A stretch of DNA of 64,000 bases from an uncultured Porphyromonadaceae bacterium (lineage in GTDB: Bacteria; Bacteroidota; Bacteroidia; Bacteroidales; Muribaculaceae): NCBI GenBank assembly GCA_947039315.1, contig CAMQYM010000004.1, positions 291-64,290 on the forward strand, read 5' to 3'. Each line of letters opens with the position of its first letter. The stretch's first letter is position 1. Of the stretch, positions 19,872 through 28,176 are shown one piece after another. Position numbers and translations under genes: made by a program. Under the pieces are notes generated by a model that searched no databases, was not told where the DNA came from, and saw nothing but the letters and a program-made list of their open reading frames with translations.

Positions 19872-21314
19872 TTATTTTCTTTTTTCCGAATCCTTTATCA
19901 TGTTTTCGGCGAGAATGTCTGTTTTGGTCTCGATTTCCTCAGGAGTGGGGAGTGGGAGGCTGATGATGTGGAGCGTGTTGAATTCGGCGTATGCCTTTTC
20001 ACCCAGCGGTACGATTTCATCGAGCATCCCGGAATAGAGGTCGTCCATGTCTGGAATGAAGTCCATCTCACCGTATGCGTCGAATGTCTTGAGAAATTCA
20101 CCTGCTGTCAGATCCCGTATTTCCACCGCAGGCGAGAGTCCAGGCTCATCGTCCTCTCTCTTCACTTCGTAGACGAGGCGCGAGGCTATCAGTATTTCCG
20201 TGACGCGTTCCACGATCCTTACAGGAAGATTGTAGCGGACGGCGATCTCGGTGTGGGAAAGAGGCGGTTCTCTGTTGACAAACCGCTGCGCCACTACGCT
20301 CATCTCAATCAGGGCGACGCGGTGCCAGGAATTGATGGAGATTTTGTCGGCGTCCCCCATCAGATTGAATGTGTACACGTTCTGCATCGAGAAGGTAAGC
20401 ACGCAGCCCGCCAGCAGCATCAGCCATGACAGCTGGAGCCATACAAGCAGCAGCGGCAGGAAAGCGAACGAGCCGTAGATGGCGTTGTATTTGGAGACGT
20501 AGATCTGTCCGCTGAGGAAAAGTTCCTGGAGCACAAGGAATCCGATCGCTATGATGGTTCCTGAGATGGCGGCATACTTGAACTGCACCTTGGTGTTGGG
20601 AATCAGGAAGTAGGACAGGGTGAACGCCAGCCATGTCAGTACCAGGGGGACGAGTTCCAGGAGATTGTTGATCATCGGCGTCAGGAAGGGTAGATGTATG
20701 TTGTCCTGAATCACGGTCGACATGAATATGGAGACTCCCGACGAACATATCATAAGAATCGGGATGATGAGGCAGATGGCGATATAGTCGGTGATTTTCT
20801 GGAAAAAGCTCCGTTGCTGTTTCACGTGCCAGATGGTGTTGAATGCATCTTCGATATACGACAGCAGCGAACTGATGGTCCATAGCAGCACAACAATGCC
20901 GACACCGACGAACAATCCCTGGGTGGCTGAGCTGAGGTATGAGTCGACGAATTGCAGACCGGTGGATATCACCTGGTGCTGTGATGGAAAGAAATTGTAG
21001 AGCTGTTCCTGCAGTAAGTCGGAGAGTCCGAATCCACGGCCTATAGCTACGAGCAGGGCGAAAGCGGGAACGATCGAGAGCACCGTGGAATAGGTGAGCG
21101 ACATGGAGCGGAGCTGGAGATCGCGGTCGAAGAATGATCTTACGGCGAGGTTGCCGATTTTTACTACGCGCACCTTGGCCGTGCGCCTCGGGTCGTTCCA
21201 GACCCCGGTCACCGCGTACCTGACCCAGTCGGTCACCTTCGCGGTGAGTCGCTCTATGAATCCGGGCTTCCCTGTCTTGCCTTGTTTGTCTTTGTTTTTT
21301 TCGTCCACTTTCAT
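19872..21314 (-). CDS. YihY/BrkB family inner-membrane protein with a C-terminal soluble extension
   Basis: LTYSTVLSIVPAFALLVAIGRGFG and a multi-TM core are typical of the YihY family. About 170 aa of non-membrane sequence follow at the C-terminus. Confidence 0.85.
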   Translation of the reverse strand: MKVDEKNKDKQGKTGKPGFIERLTAKVTDWVRYAVTGVWNDPRRTAKVRVVKIGNLAVRSFFDRDLQLRSMSLTYSTVLSIVPAFALLVAIGRGFGLSDLLQEQLYNFFPSQHQVISTGLQFVDSYLSSATQGLFVGVGIVVLLWTISSLLSYIEDAFNTIWHVKQQRSFFQKITDYIAICLIIPILMICSSGVSIFMSTVIQDNIHLPFLTPMINNLLELVPLVLTWLAFTLSYFLIPNTKVQFKYAAISGTIIAIGFLVLQELFLSGQIYVSKYNAIYGSFAFLPLLLVWLQLSWLMLLAGCVLTFSMQNVYTFNLMGDADKISINSWHRVALIEMSVVAQRFVNREPPLSHTEIAVRYNLPVRIVERVTEILIASRLVYEVKREDDEPGLSPAVEIRDLTAGEFLKTFDAYGEMDFIPDMDDLYSGMLDEIVPLGEKAYAEFNTLHIISLPLPTPEEIETKTDILAENMIKDSEKRK

Positions 21315-21325
21315 ATCGGTCCGTA

Positions 21326-21374
21326 TATAAAAAGATTCCCGAAGCTGTGCCTGTGGAGCTTTGCTTCGGGAATC
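21326..21374 (-). terminator. Intrinsic terminator of rnpB
   Basis: Perfect 12-bp stem (plus strand gattcccgaagc 21334-21345 / gcttcgggaatc 21363-21374) with a 17-nt loop. On the minus strand UUUUUAUAU follows. Confidence 0.72.
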
Positions 21375-21377
21375 GTA

Positions 21378-21752
21378 TGCTGCGACAGAGATGATATAAG
21401 CCGGGTTATGTGCGCCGGCATGGCCGGCGTGTCTGTCATTTATCTTTGCGGCCGGTTGCCCGGCGCGCTATAGCAGCCTACCCCCCGGCAATGGACGAGC
21501 AGCCCTTGAATGCCGGTATACTTGGCTTTGCAACTCGCAGGATGTGCGGCTCCTCCCGTCGCCGGAAGGACCGGTGGGCTCTTACCCCGCCTTTTCACCC
21601 TTGCCGCTCCCGCAGAGGGGAGGGCGGTTGTTTTCTGTCACACTTGCCCCGACGTCGCCGCCGGCTTCCCGTTAGGAAATGCGATGCTCTTTGTTGCCCG
21701 GACTTTCCTCTTTATGCTTGCGCATAGAGCGACAGACCTCATCTCTGTCTTC
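21378..21752 (-). ncRNA. rnpB: RNase P RNA (bacterial type A)
   Basis: The reverse complement carries the universal blocks GAGGAAAGUCCGGGCAAC, GGUAAGAGCCCACCGG, ACAGAAAACAACCGCC and ACAUAACCCGGCUUAU. P1 pairing is GACAGAGAUGA (5', 21739-21749) with UCAUCUCUGUC (3', 21384-21394). Ends are good to about +/-5 nt. Confidence 0.9.
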
Positions 21753-21754
21753 TG

Positions 21755-21786
21755 CAAAGTTACCGAAATTTTTCCGGATGTGCAAA
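21755..21786 (-). promoter_or_regulatory. Promoter of rnpB (-33 TTTG / -7 TAACTTTG on the minus strand)
   Basis: Plus strand shows caaagtta at 21755-21762 and caaa at 21783-21786, separated by 20 nt. The -7 box ends about 5 nt upstream of the predicted rnpB 5' end. Confidence 0.55.
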
Positions 21787-21910
21787 TAGGGCGTGCAAAT
21801 TCAGACACCTTTGACGGCGAAAATGTCGGTCTCATTCACGCATCCGTATCATTTCTGTCTCCTTTATCTGTTTTTATCTATTTTCAAAACCTTATTCTCA
21901 CCGTTTTTGT

Positions 21911-22579
21911 TCAGTGTTGTCGGTTTTTGTCCAATATGTCGACAACCAAGGCCAGGATTCCTGCCGGGGTGCAGCGGGAGGAGTCGACGCAGAGATGGTA
22001 ATTGGCGGCATGTCCCCAGCGGCGGTTGGTAAAGTAATTGTAGTATGATTCCCGTTTGCGGTCTTCTTTCCTGGCTTTCTCCAGAGCCTCCTCTGCGCTC
22101 GAGGCATCTCCTCGGGCTATGATTGCCGCGGTGCGGCATTCGTCGGGTGCGTGGAGGAAAAGACTCACCGCCGACGGATGTTCGCGCATCACATAATCGG
22201 CTGTGCGCCCTACAATCACGCAGGGACCCTCTTCGCACAGCTGCTTTATCACGCGGCTCTGTAGCGCGTAGATGTCTTCGTCGCAGAGGCTGTTGGCCGA
22301 GTAGTCGGAGGTCTGCGATCCGTAGTTGAGCTGCAGCAGCGACCGCAGGAATGAAGGGCGCTTTTCATCGGCATCGCGGAACACGCGCTCCTCGAAGCCG
22401 AGTCGCCGAGCCGCCTCTATCAGAAGGGTCTTGTCGTAATAGGGTATGCCTAAGGCATCGGCTATGTATCTGCCTATTTTCCTTCCTCCGCTTCCGTACT
22501 GACGGCCGATCACTATCAGAAACCGGTCGGGAAGTAATGTCCGGAGTGATTCCGTAACGGTTTTCGTTTCTGCACCCAT
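21911..22579 (-). CDS. Cytidylate kinase-like family protein (P-loop NTPase)
   Basis: VIGRQYGSGGRKIGRYIADALGIPYYDK is the characteristic N-terminus of the cytidylate-kinase-like (Cytidylate_kin2) family. Confidence 0.8.
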   Translation of the reverse strand: MGAETKTVTESLRTLLPDRFLIVIGRQYGSGGRKIGRYIADALGIPYYDKTLLIEAARRLGFEERVFRDADEKRPSFLRSLLQLNYGSQTSDYSANSLCDEDIYALQSRVIKQLCEEGPCVIVGRTADYVMREHPSAVSLFLHAPDECRTAAIIARGDASSAEEALEKARKEDRKRESYYNYFTNRRWGHAANYHLCVDSSRCTPAGILALVVDILDKNRQH

Positions 22580-22686
22580 AATTTGCTATAATGTCAATTT
22601 GCTGATAAACAGAATGATGGATTGCGATCTTAAGTACGGATCGCAACTTTAATGCGTATAAACCACAAAATTAATAAAAAAATAGT

Positions 22687-22694
22687 TACTTTTG
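22687..22694 (+). promoter_or_regulatory. Candidate -7 promoter element TACTTTTG
   Basis: Matches TAnnTTTG, 46 nt upstream of the ATG at 22740. I saw no clear -33 element. Confidence 0.35.
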
Positions 22695-22739
22695 CAAAAT
22701 AAATCATTCCCCGTCATATACGGGCAACATACAATAACA

Positions 22740-23105
22740 ATGGCTACAGAAAATAAAGAGACTCCCGGAGAGCTCGGTATGTCTCTGTATGAAAAGATAG
22801 TGGATATGGCCGAGGGAGACTGTACTGAACTTCCGACGGTGATTTCAAGCCTGAAGGAAGCAGACAGTTCGGGGCAGTTCCTGACAAGTTCAGCACGTTA
22901 TCTCTGGGCTGTGGACCGCGAGCGATTCGCGACGCAGGTGTCGGAACTGATCGAGGCCGCGATCGACAGGGACCGCGAACGGAGATATATCAGCTCGCTG
23001 CTGGAGGCTATATGGGGTCCCGACTACAGGGAGCGGGCCGGGGAGCTGAAGGCTTCTGACGATAATTTCCGCCGGATCTACAAGCGTATCCACCCTGCCG
23101 GATAG
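22740..23105 (+). CDS. Hypothetical protein (121 aa, acidic, helical-looking)
   Basis: Open frame with its ATG downstream of a -7 box. The ORF-track TTG start at 22692 lies inside that box. No domain recognised. Confidence 0.6.
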   Translation: MATENKETPGELGMSLYEKIVDMAEGDCTELPTVISSLKEADSSGQFLTSSARYLWAVDRERFATQVSELIEAAIDRDRERRYISSLLEAIWGPDYRERAGELKASDDNFRRIYKRIHPAG

Positions 23106-23172
23106 CCGTGTCACATCCACGCCGGGCATGGAGGAGCGTGAAAGACTTACAATCCTCTGCAAACCAAACAAG

Positions 23173-23988
23173 ATGAAAAAGCGAATATTCATATTTTTAA
23201 TTGCGATAATGGCAATGACATCAGCAAAATCAGCCGACAGCATCCCTGCGGGGCCGGTGGTGGACATCCGCACCTCTCTCGGCGATATCAAAGTCCGCCT
23301 GTATGACGACACTCCGAAACACCGCGACAATTTTCTGAAACTTGTCAGGGAAGGATTCTACGACGGCGTACTTTTCCATCGTGTGATAAAGGACTTCATG
23401 ATCCAGACGGGCGATCCCTCGTCGCGCACGGCCGACTCCACGGCTATGCTCGGTGCCGGCGATCCGGGTTATACCATCGAGGCCGAGATTGCATATCCCC
23501 GCCATTACCACAAGCGCGGGGCTCTTGCCGCGGCGCGTACAGGCGACCAGGTGAATCCTGAACGTCGCAGCAGTGGCTCGCAGTTCTACATAGTTACCGG
23601 GGAGAAGGTTGCCGCAGCCAGGATGGCACAGATGGCGGAAAATGCAGTTATGGGGAAGCGTCAGCAATATTTCCGTACGCTTGTGGAGCGCGACAGAGAG
23701 AAGATCTCCGCTCTCGAGGCCGCCGGCGACCGTGACGGTCTTGAGGCGCTCCGGCAGAGTCTCATAGCCGAGACCGAGAACGCCGTCAAGGCAGAGCCTC
23801 TTCCGGATAACATTGTGAATGATTATACCACCGTGGGAGGCACTCCGCATCTCGACGGTCAGTACACCGTATTCGGAGAGGTGATTTCCGGTATGGACAC
23901 AGTTGAGAAAATAGAGAATGTGGCCACCGGAAGAGCCGACAGACCTCTGGAGGATGTCCGCATAATCTCCGCAACAATCGAGAAATAG
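23173..23988 (+). CDS. Peptidylprolyl isomerase, cyclophilin type, secreted, with an internal helical insertion
   Basis: Signal peptide MKKRIFIFLIAIMAMTSAKS. Cyclophilin blocks FHRVIKDFMIQTGDP, GSQFYIV and GQYTVFGEV. Confidence 0.9.
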   Translation: MKKRIFIFLIAIMAMTSAKSADSIPAGPVVDIRTSLGDIKVRLYDDTPKHRDNFLKLVREGFYDGVLFHRVIKDFMIQTGDPSSRTADSTAMLGAGDPGYTIEAEIAYPRHYHKRGALAAARTGDQVNPERRSSGSQFYIVTGEKVAAARMAQMAENAVMGKRQQYFRTLVERDREKISALEAAGDRDGLEALRQSLIAETENAVKAEPLPDNIVNDYTTVGGTPHLDGQYTVFGEVISGMDTVEKIENVATGRADRPLEDVRIISATIEK

Positions 23989-24060
23989 CATGGACAGGCC
24001 CTCTTGTAAGACCGCAGCGATGATTTTTTTGCGGTAAAGGGGCGAATTTCTCGATTTTAT

Positions 24061-24091
24061 TTTGTCAGTATAAATTAATTACCTAATTTTG
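24061..24091 (+). promoter_or_regulatory. Promoter (-33 TTTG / -7 TAATTTTG) of the DUF349 gene
   Basis: TTTG at 24061-24064, a 19-nt spacer, then TAATTTTG at 24084-24091. Confidence 0.5.
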
Positions 24092-24183
24092 ACTGAATTT
24101 TATTCCCCGCATGGGAGGTTCCGTCTGCAGGAATCTTCCCTGGCACAGTCTCCGGGCTGCAAGGGGTCATATAATATTGATCT

Positions 24184-26058
24184 ATGAACGAGCTTGACAA
24201 GATGGAATCCATAGAAGAGACCGTCAAAACGACCCCCGCGGAGATTCCCGCGGAAACTGAGAAAGAATGCGTCGAGAAGACCTCTCCGGCCCTCGACATA
24301 GCAGAAGTTGCCGATGAGTCCGCAAAAACTGTCGATGTGCACCGGTATCATTCCATGACAAAGCAGGAGTTGCTTGCGGAATTGAAATCGATACTCGAAG
24401 CCGACAACATGGAGGCGCACCGGGAGGTTACCGCCCTCAAGCAGGCTTTCTTCAACGTGAAGAGCCGCGAGAGCATGGAGGCGCTTGCCGCCTTTGTCGA
24501 GGCTGGCAACCAGCCTGACGCTTTTGTGCCCGAACCTGATGAGACGGAAGCGGAGTTCAAGAACCTTCATTCCGATTTCAAAGAGCGTCGGGCCGCATAT
24601 CTCGAGGCCGAGGATAGCCGCCGCCGCGACAATCTCGCCAAAAAGGAGGAGATTCTCGCGAAAATGTGCGAGATCGCGGGCGACATCGACAATGTCAATG
24701 TCAAGTTCCAGGACTTTCAGCAGCTTCAGCAGGACTTCCGTGCCATCAAGGATGTGCCGCCGTCGGCCGAGACAGAAATCTGGAAACAGTTCCAGACAGT
24801 GGGCGAGCAGTTCTACGACCATCTGAAGATGAACAAGGAGCTGCGAGACCTTGATTTCAAGAAGAACCTCGAGGCGAAGCGTCTTCTTATCGAAAATGCT
24901 GTGAAACTTGCCGATGTCCCCGATGTTGTGCAGGCGTTCCGTCAGCTTCAGACCCTTCATGAGGAATGGCGCGCACTTGGCCCGGTAGCCAAGGAGCTCC
25001 GCGATTCCGTCTGGGAGGAGTTCAAGGAGGCATCGGCGGTGGTGAACCGCCGTCATCAGGAATTTTTCGAGAAGCGCAAGGAGGAGGAAGCTGCCAACGA
25101 GGAGCGTAAGACACGGCTGTGCGAGGAGGTGGAGACAATAGTCCCCGCCGGACTCAATACCTTCAGCGAGTGGCGTGCGGCCACCGACCGTATCATCGAC
25201 CTTCAGAAACGTTGGAAAGAGACCGGATTCGCATCGAGAAAGTCAAACACCCTTCTTTACAACCGGTTCCGCAAGTCGTGTGATGATTTCTTCGCTGCCA
25301 AGACCGCCTATTTCCAGCAGACGCGCGATGAATTCAATACCAACCTTGAGAAGAAGACTGCCCTCTGCGAGAGAGCCGAGGCGCTGAAGGAGACCGACGA
25401 TATCCAGAAGGCCACTGCCGAGATTGTGAAGCTTCAGGCCGAATGGAAGAAGATCGGCAGCGTGCCGCGCAAGGTGAGCGACGCCGTATGGCAGCGGTTC
25501 ACCACGGCATGCAATTATTTCTTCGATGAGCGCAAGCGCATCAACCGTGAGCGTCGCGGAGCGGAGAACGAGAATCTCGATGCCAAGCGCGCCATCATAG
25601 CCAAATTGCAGGAGCTTCCCAAGGATGGCGACCGCAATGAGGTGATAGGCCGCGTCAAGGAGCTCCAGACGGAGTGGCAGCAGATAGGTTTTGTGCCGTT
25701 CAAGCTTAAGGACAAGGTTTTCGAGGAATATCGCAAGGTGGTGGATGAAATCTACGATGCCTACAAGTCACGTGAGAGTCGCCAGCGCATGTCCCGTTTT
25801 CAGGAGCGTGTGTCGGAACTGAAAGGTGACGACCGTCAGATGGGACGCGAGCGTGACAAACTCGTCCGTGCGCTTGAGGCACGCCGCGGAGAATTGCAGA
25901 CTATCGAAAACAATATGGGCTTCTTCAACGTTAAATCCTCGGCCGGCAGCTCGCTCGTCAGAGAGATGGAGAACAAGATCGCCCGCCTCAAGACCGACAT
26001 CAGGGAAATTGAAGAGAAAATCGTTCTTCTCGACGCCAAGGAAGAGAAGAACGACTGA
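24184..26058 (+). CDS. DUF349 domain-containing protein
   Basis: Repeated helical modules of about 75 aa, each with the W(K/Q)xxG motif (EWRALGPV, RWKETGFA, EWKKIGSV, EWQQIGFV), as in DUF349 proteins. Confidence 0.8.
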   Translation: MNELDKMESIEETVKTTPAEIPAETEKECVEKTSPALDIAEVADESAKTVDVHRYHSMTKQELLAELKSILEADNMEAHREVTALKQAFFNVKSRESMEALAAFVEAGNQPDAFVPEPDETEAEFKNLHSDFKERRAAYLEAEDSRRRDNLAKKEEILAKMCEIAGDIDNVNVKFQDFQQLQQDFRAIKDVPPSAETEIWKQFQTVGEQFYDHLKMNKELRDLDFKKNLEAKRLLIENAVKLADVPDVVQAFRQLQTLHEEWRALGPVAKELRDSVWEEFKEASAVVNRRHQEFFEKRKEEEAANEERKTRLCEEVETIVPAGLNTFSEWRAATDRIIDLQKRWKETGFASRKSNTLLYNRFRKSCDDFFAAKTAYFQQTRDEFNTNLEKKTALCERAEALKETDDIQKATAEIVKLQAEWKKIGSVPRKVSDAVWQRFTTACNYFFDERKRINRERRGAENENLDAKRAIIAKLQELPKDGDRNEVIGRVKELQTEWQQIGFVPFKLKDKVFEEYRKVVDEIYDAYKSRESRQRMSRFQERVSELKGDDRQMGRERDKLVRALEARRGELQTIENNMGFFNVKSSAGSSLVREMENKIARLKTDIREIEEKIVLLDAKEEKND

Positions 26059-26148
26059 CCGCGTGACATGCATTGCCACGTAAAAATATAATCACAATAT
26101 CAGGATGCGGGTCTCCATTGCGGGGAGCCGTATCTTTTTAAAGTTACT

Positions 26149-26892
26149 ATGAGTATAATCACATATTTGACTGAAAGAAAAATTTCCGGAAGAATCAGAA
26201 TCATGGTTGTTGCAGCCATAGCGGCCGCTGTCTTCCTGCCGGCGTCCCTGTCGGCGCAGAGTCTTGCGGAATCCGGATTTATCAGAAATACCGACTATAA
26301 GGAGAATATAGAGAAGGCTGTGAACGGCAATCCCGAATCGCAGCGGATAGTGGCCGAGTGCTATCTGGCTGGCGCAGGTGTCCCCAAGGATGTGAACGAG
26401 GCATGGAAATGGCTGGTAAAGGCGGCCGGTAACGGCGACATCGACTCCCATTACCTCATCGGCACACTCTACCGTGACGGTAACGGAGTGCGACAGAACT
26501 ACGAGGAGTCTGCCTATTGGTTCCGGAAAGCCGGCAAGAACGGTCATCACAGGGCTCAGGTGGAGATTGCCCGTCAGTTTGCCGAAGGTCTCGGTGTCCA
26601 GCAGGATTACCGCATAGCGGCCGAAAACTATTGGCGTGCTGCGGAGGGCGGTGATCCCGAAGGCGCATATTATTATGCCAGGCTCGTCAGCGAAGGCCTC
26701 GCCGGCATGAAGGATCTTCCAAAGGCATTGAAATATTATAAGAAGGCTGCCGCCGCCGATTTCGGCGATGCCAGGGAGAAGGTGCGCGAGCTTGAGAGTC
26801 AGGGCGTGAAAGAACCGGTGGTCCGCAAGTTTGTGCCTAAGAAAAAGACAGCAACCCGCAGCAAATCATCAAAATCAAGAAAGAGAAGATGA
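26149..26892 (+). CDS. Sel1-repeat (SLR/TPR-like) secreted protein with a basic C-terminal tail
   Basis: Signal peptide, then repeated AxxWxxKAAxxGxxxAQxxLG-type Sel1 units (AWKWLVKAAGNGD, SAYWFRKAGKNGHHRAQ). Confidence 0.8.
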   Translation: MSIITYLTERKISGRIRIMVVAAIAAAVFLPASLSAQSLAESGFIRNTDYKENIEKAVNGNPESQRIVAECYLAGAGVPKDVNEAWKWLVKAAGNGDIDSHYLIGTLYRDGNGVRQNYEESAYWFRKAGKNGHHRAQVEIARQFAEGLGVQQDYRIAAENYWRAAEGGDPEGAYYYARLVSEGLAGMKDLPKALKYYKKAAAADFGDAREKVRELESQGVKEPVVRKFVPKKKTATRSKSSKSRKRR

Positions 26893-28133
26893 ATACAACA
26901 GAACTTATCCAGATCAATATATCGGGGCCGGACCGCAGTGGCCTCACAGCCGATCTTACCGAGATCCTTGCCAAGTATGACGCCACTATCCTCGACATAG
27001 GACAGGCCGACATCCATCACACACTCGCCCTCGGACTGCTGGTGAAAACCGACTCGAAGCGCAGCGGCGACATACTGAAGGAACTCCTCATCAAGACCGG
27101 AGCTCTCAACGTTCAGGTGCATTTCGATCTCGTCGGAGAGGAGGACTATAACAACTGGGTCCGGATGCAGGGCAAGAACCGCTATATCGTGACAATTCTC
27201 GGACGAAAGATCACGGCCAGACAGATTGCCAAGGTCACGAGGATCATTTCCGACCAGGGTCTCAACATCGAGACTATCCAGCGTCTCACGGGCCGTATGC
27301 CTCTTGACGAATCTGAGAAACCGCTCACCAAAGGCTGTATCGAGATGTCGGTGCGGGGTATGCCTGCCGACAGGGAGCGGATGCAAGGTGAGTTCATGAA
27401 GCTGTCGCAGTCGCTTGATTTCGACATATCGCTGCAGGAGGACACCATTTATCGCCGATGCCGTCGTCTTATCTGTTTCGATATGGACTCCACGCTTATC
27501 CGAACGGAGGTGATCGACGAGCTTGCCGATCGTGCCGGAGTGGGAGCCCAGGTGCGTGCCGTCACAGAAGCGGCAATGAGGGGAGAGATCGATTTCCGCG
27601 AGAGTTTCACGCGTCGTGTGGCATTGCTGAAAGGGCTCGACATATCAGTCATGCGGGAAATAGCTGAGAATCTTCCCATCACGGAGGGTGTCGGACGAAT
27701 GATGGAGGTGCTCCGCCGCTCAGGCTATAAAACGGCGATCCTTTCCGGAGGCTTCACATATTTCGGGGAATATCTCAAGCAGAAATTTGGCTTCGATTAT
27801 GTCTATGCCAACGAACTCGAGGTGGATCCCTGCGGAAAACTTACGGGACGCCACCTCGGTGACATCGTTGACGGCCAGCGTAAGAAGGAGCTCCTCAGGC
27901 TCATAGCGCAGGTGGAGAAAATCGATATCGCGCAGACCATAGCTGTCGGCGACGGAGCCAACGACCTCCCGATGCTCTCCACGGCCGGTCTCGGCATCGC
28001 TTTTCACGCCAAGCCAAAGGTCAAGGCCGAGGCCTCTCAGAGTCTTTCTTCGATCGGTATCGACGGGGTGCTCTATTTCCTTGGCTTCAAGGATTCCTAC
28101 ATCCAGCCGCCAGTACCTCCGACTGCCGACTGA
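26889..28133 (+). CDS. serB: Phosphoserine phosphatase SerB with N-terminal ACT-like domains
   Basis: HAD motifs FDMDSTLI and GDGANDLPM. The start codon overlaps the stop of the Sel1 gene (ATGA). Confidence 0.9.
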   Translation: MNTTELIQINISGPDRSGLTADLTEILAKYDATILDIGQADIHHTLALGLLVKTDSKRSGDILKELLIKTGALNVQVHFDLVGEEDYNNWVRMQGKNRYIVTILGRKITARQIAKVTRIISDQGLNIETIQRLTGRMPLDESEKPLTKGCIEMSVRGMPADRERMQGEFMKLSQSLDFDISLQEDTIYRRCRRLICFDMDSTLIRTEVIDELADRAGVGAQVRAVTEAAMRGEIDFRESFTRRVALLKGLDISVMREIAENLPITEGVGRMMEVLRRSGYKTAILSGGFTYFGEYLKQKFGFDYVYANELEVDPCGKLTGRHLGDIVDGQRKKELLRLIAQVEKIDIAQTIAVGDGANDLPMLSTAGLGIAFHAKPKVKAEASQSLSSIGIDGVLYFLGFKDSYIQPPVPPTAD

Positions 28134-28176
28134 TATCGCTTTATACTTATTTACTTTACCGCACAACAGACTTACG

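Noticed and set aside
21410-22001. Plus-strand ORFs 21410-21727, 21510-22001 and 21793-22032, and minus-strand ORF 21638-21835.
   Set aside because: The region is explained by RNase P RNA on the minus strand (21378-21752) and by the 3' end of the cytidylate-kinase-like gene. The translations are Arg/Pro/Ala-rich with no motifs.
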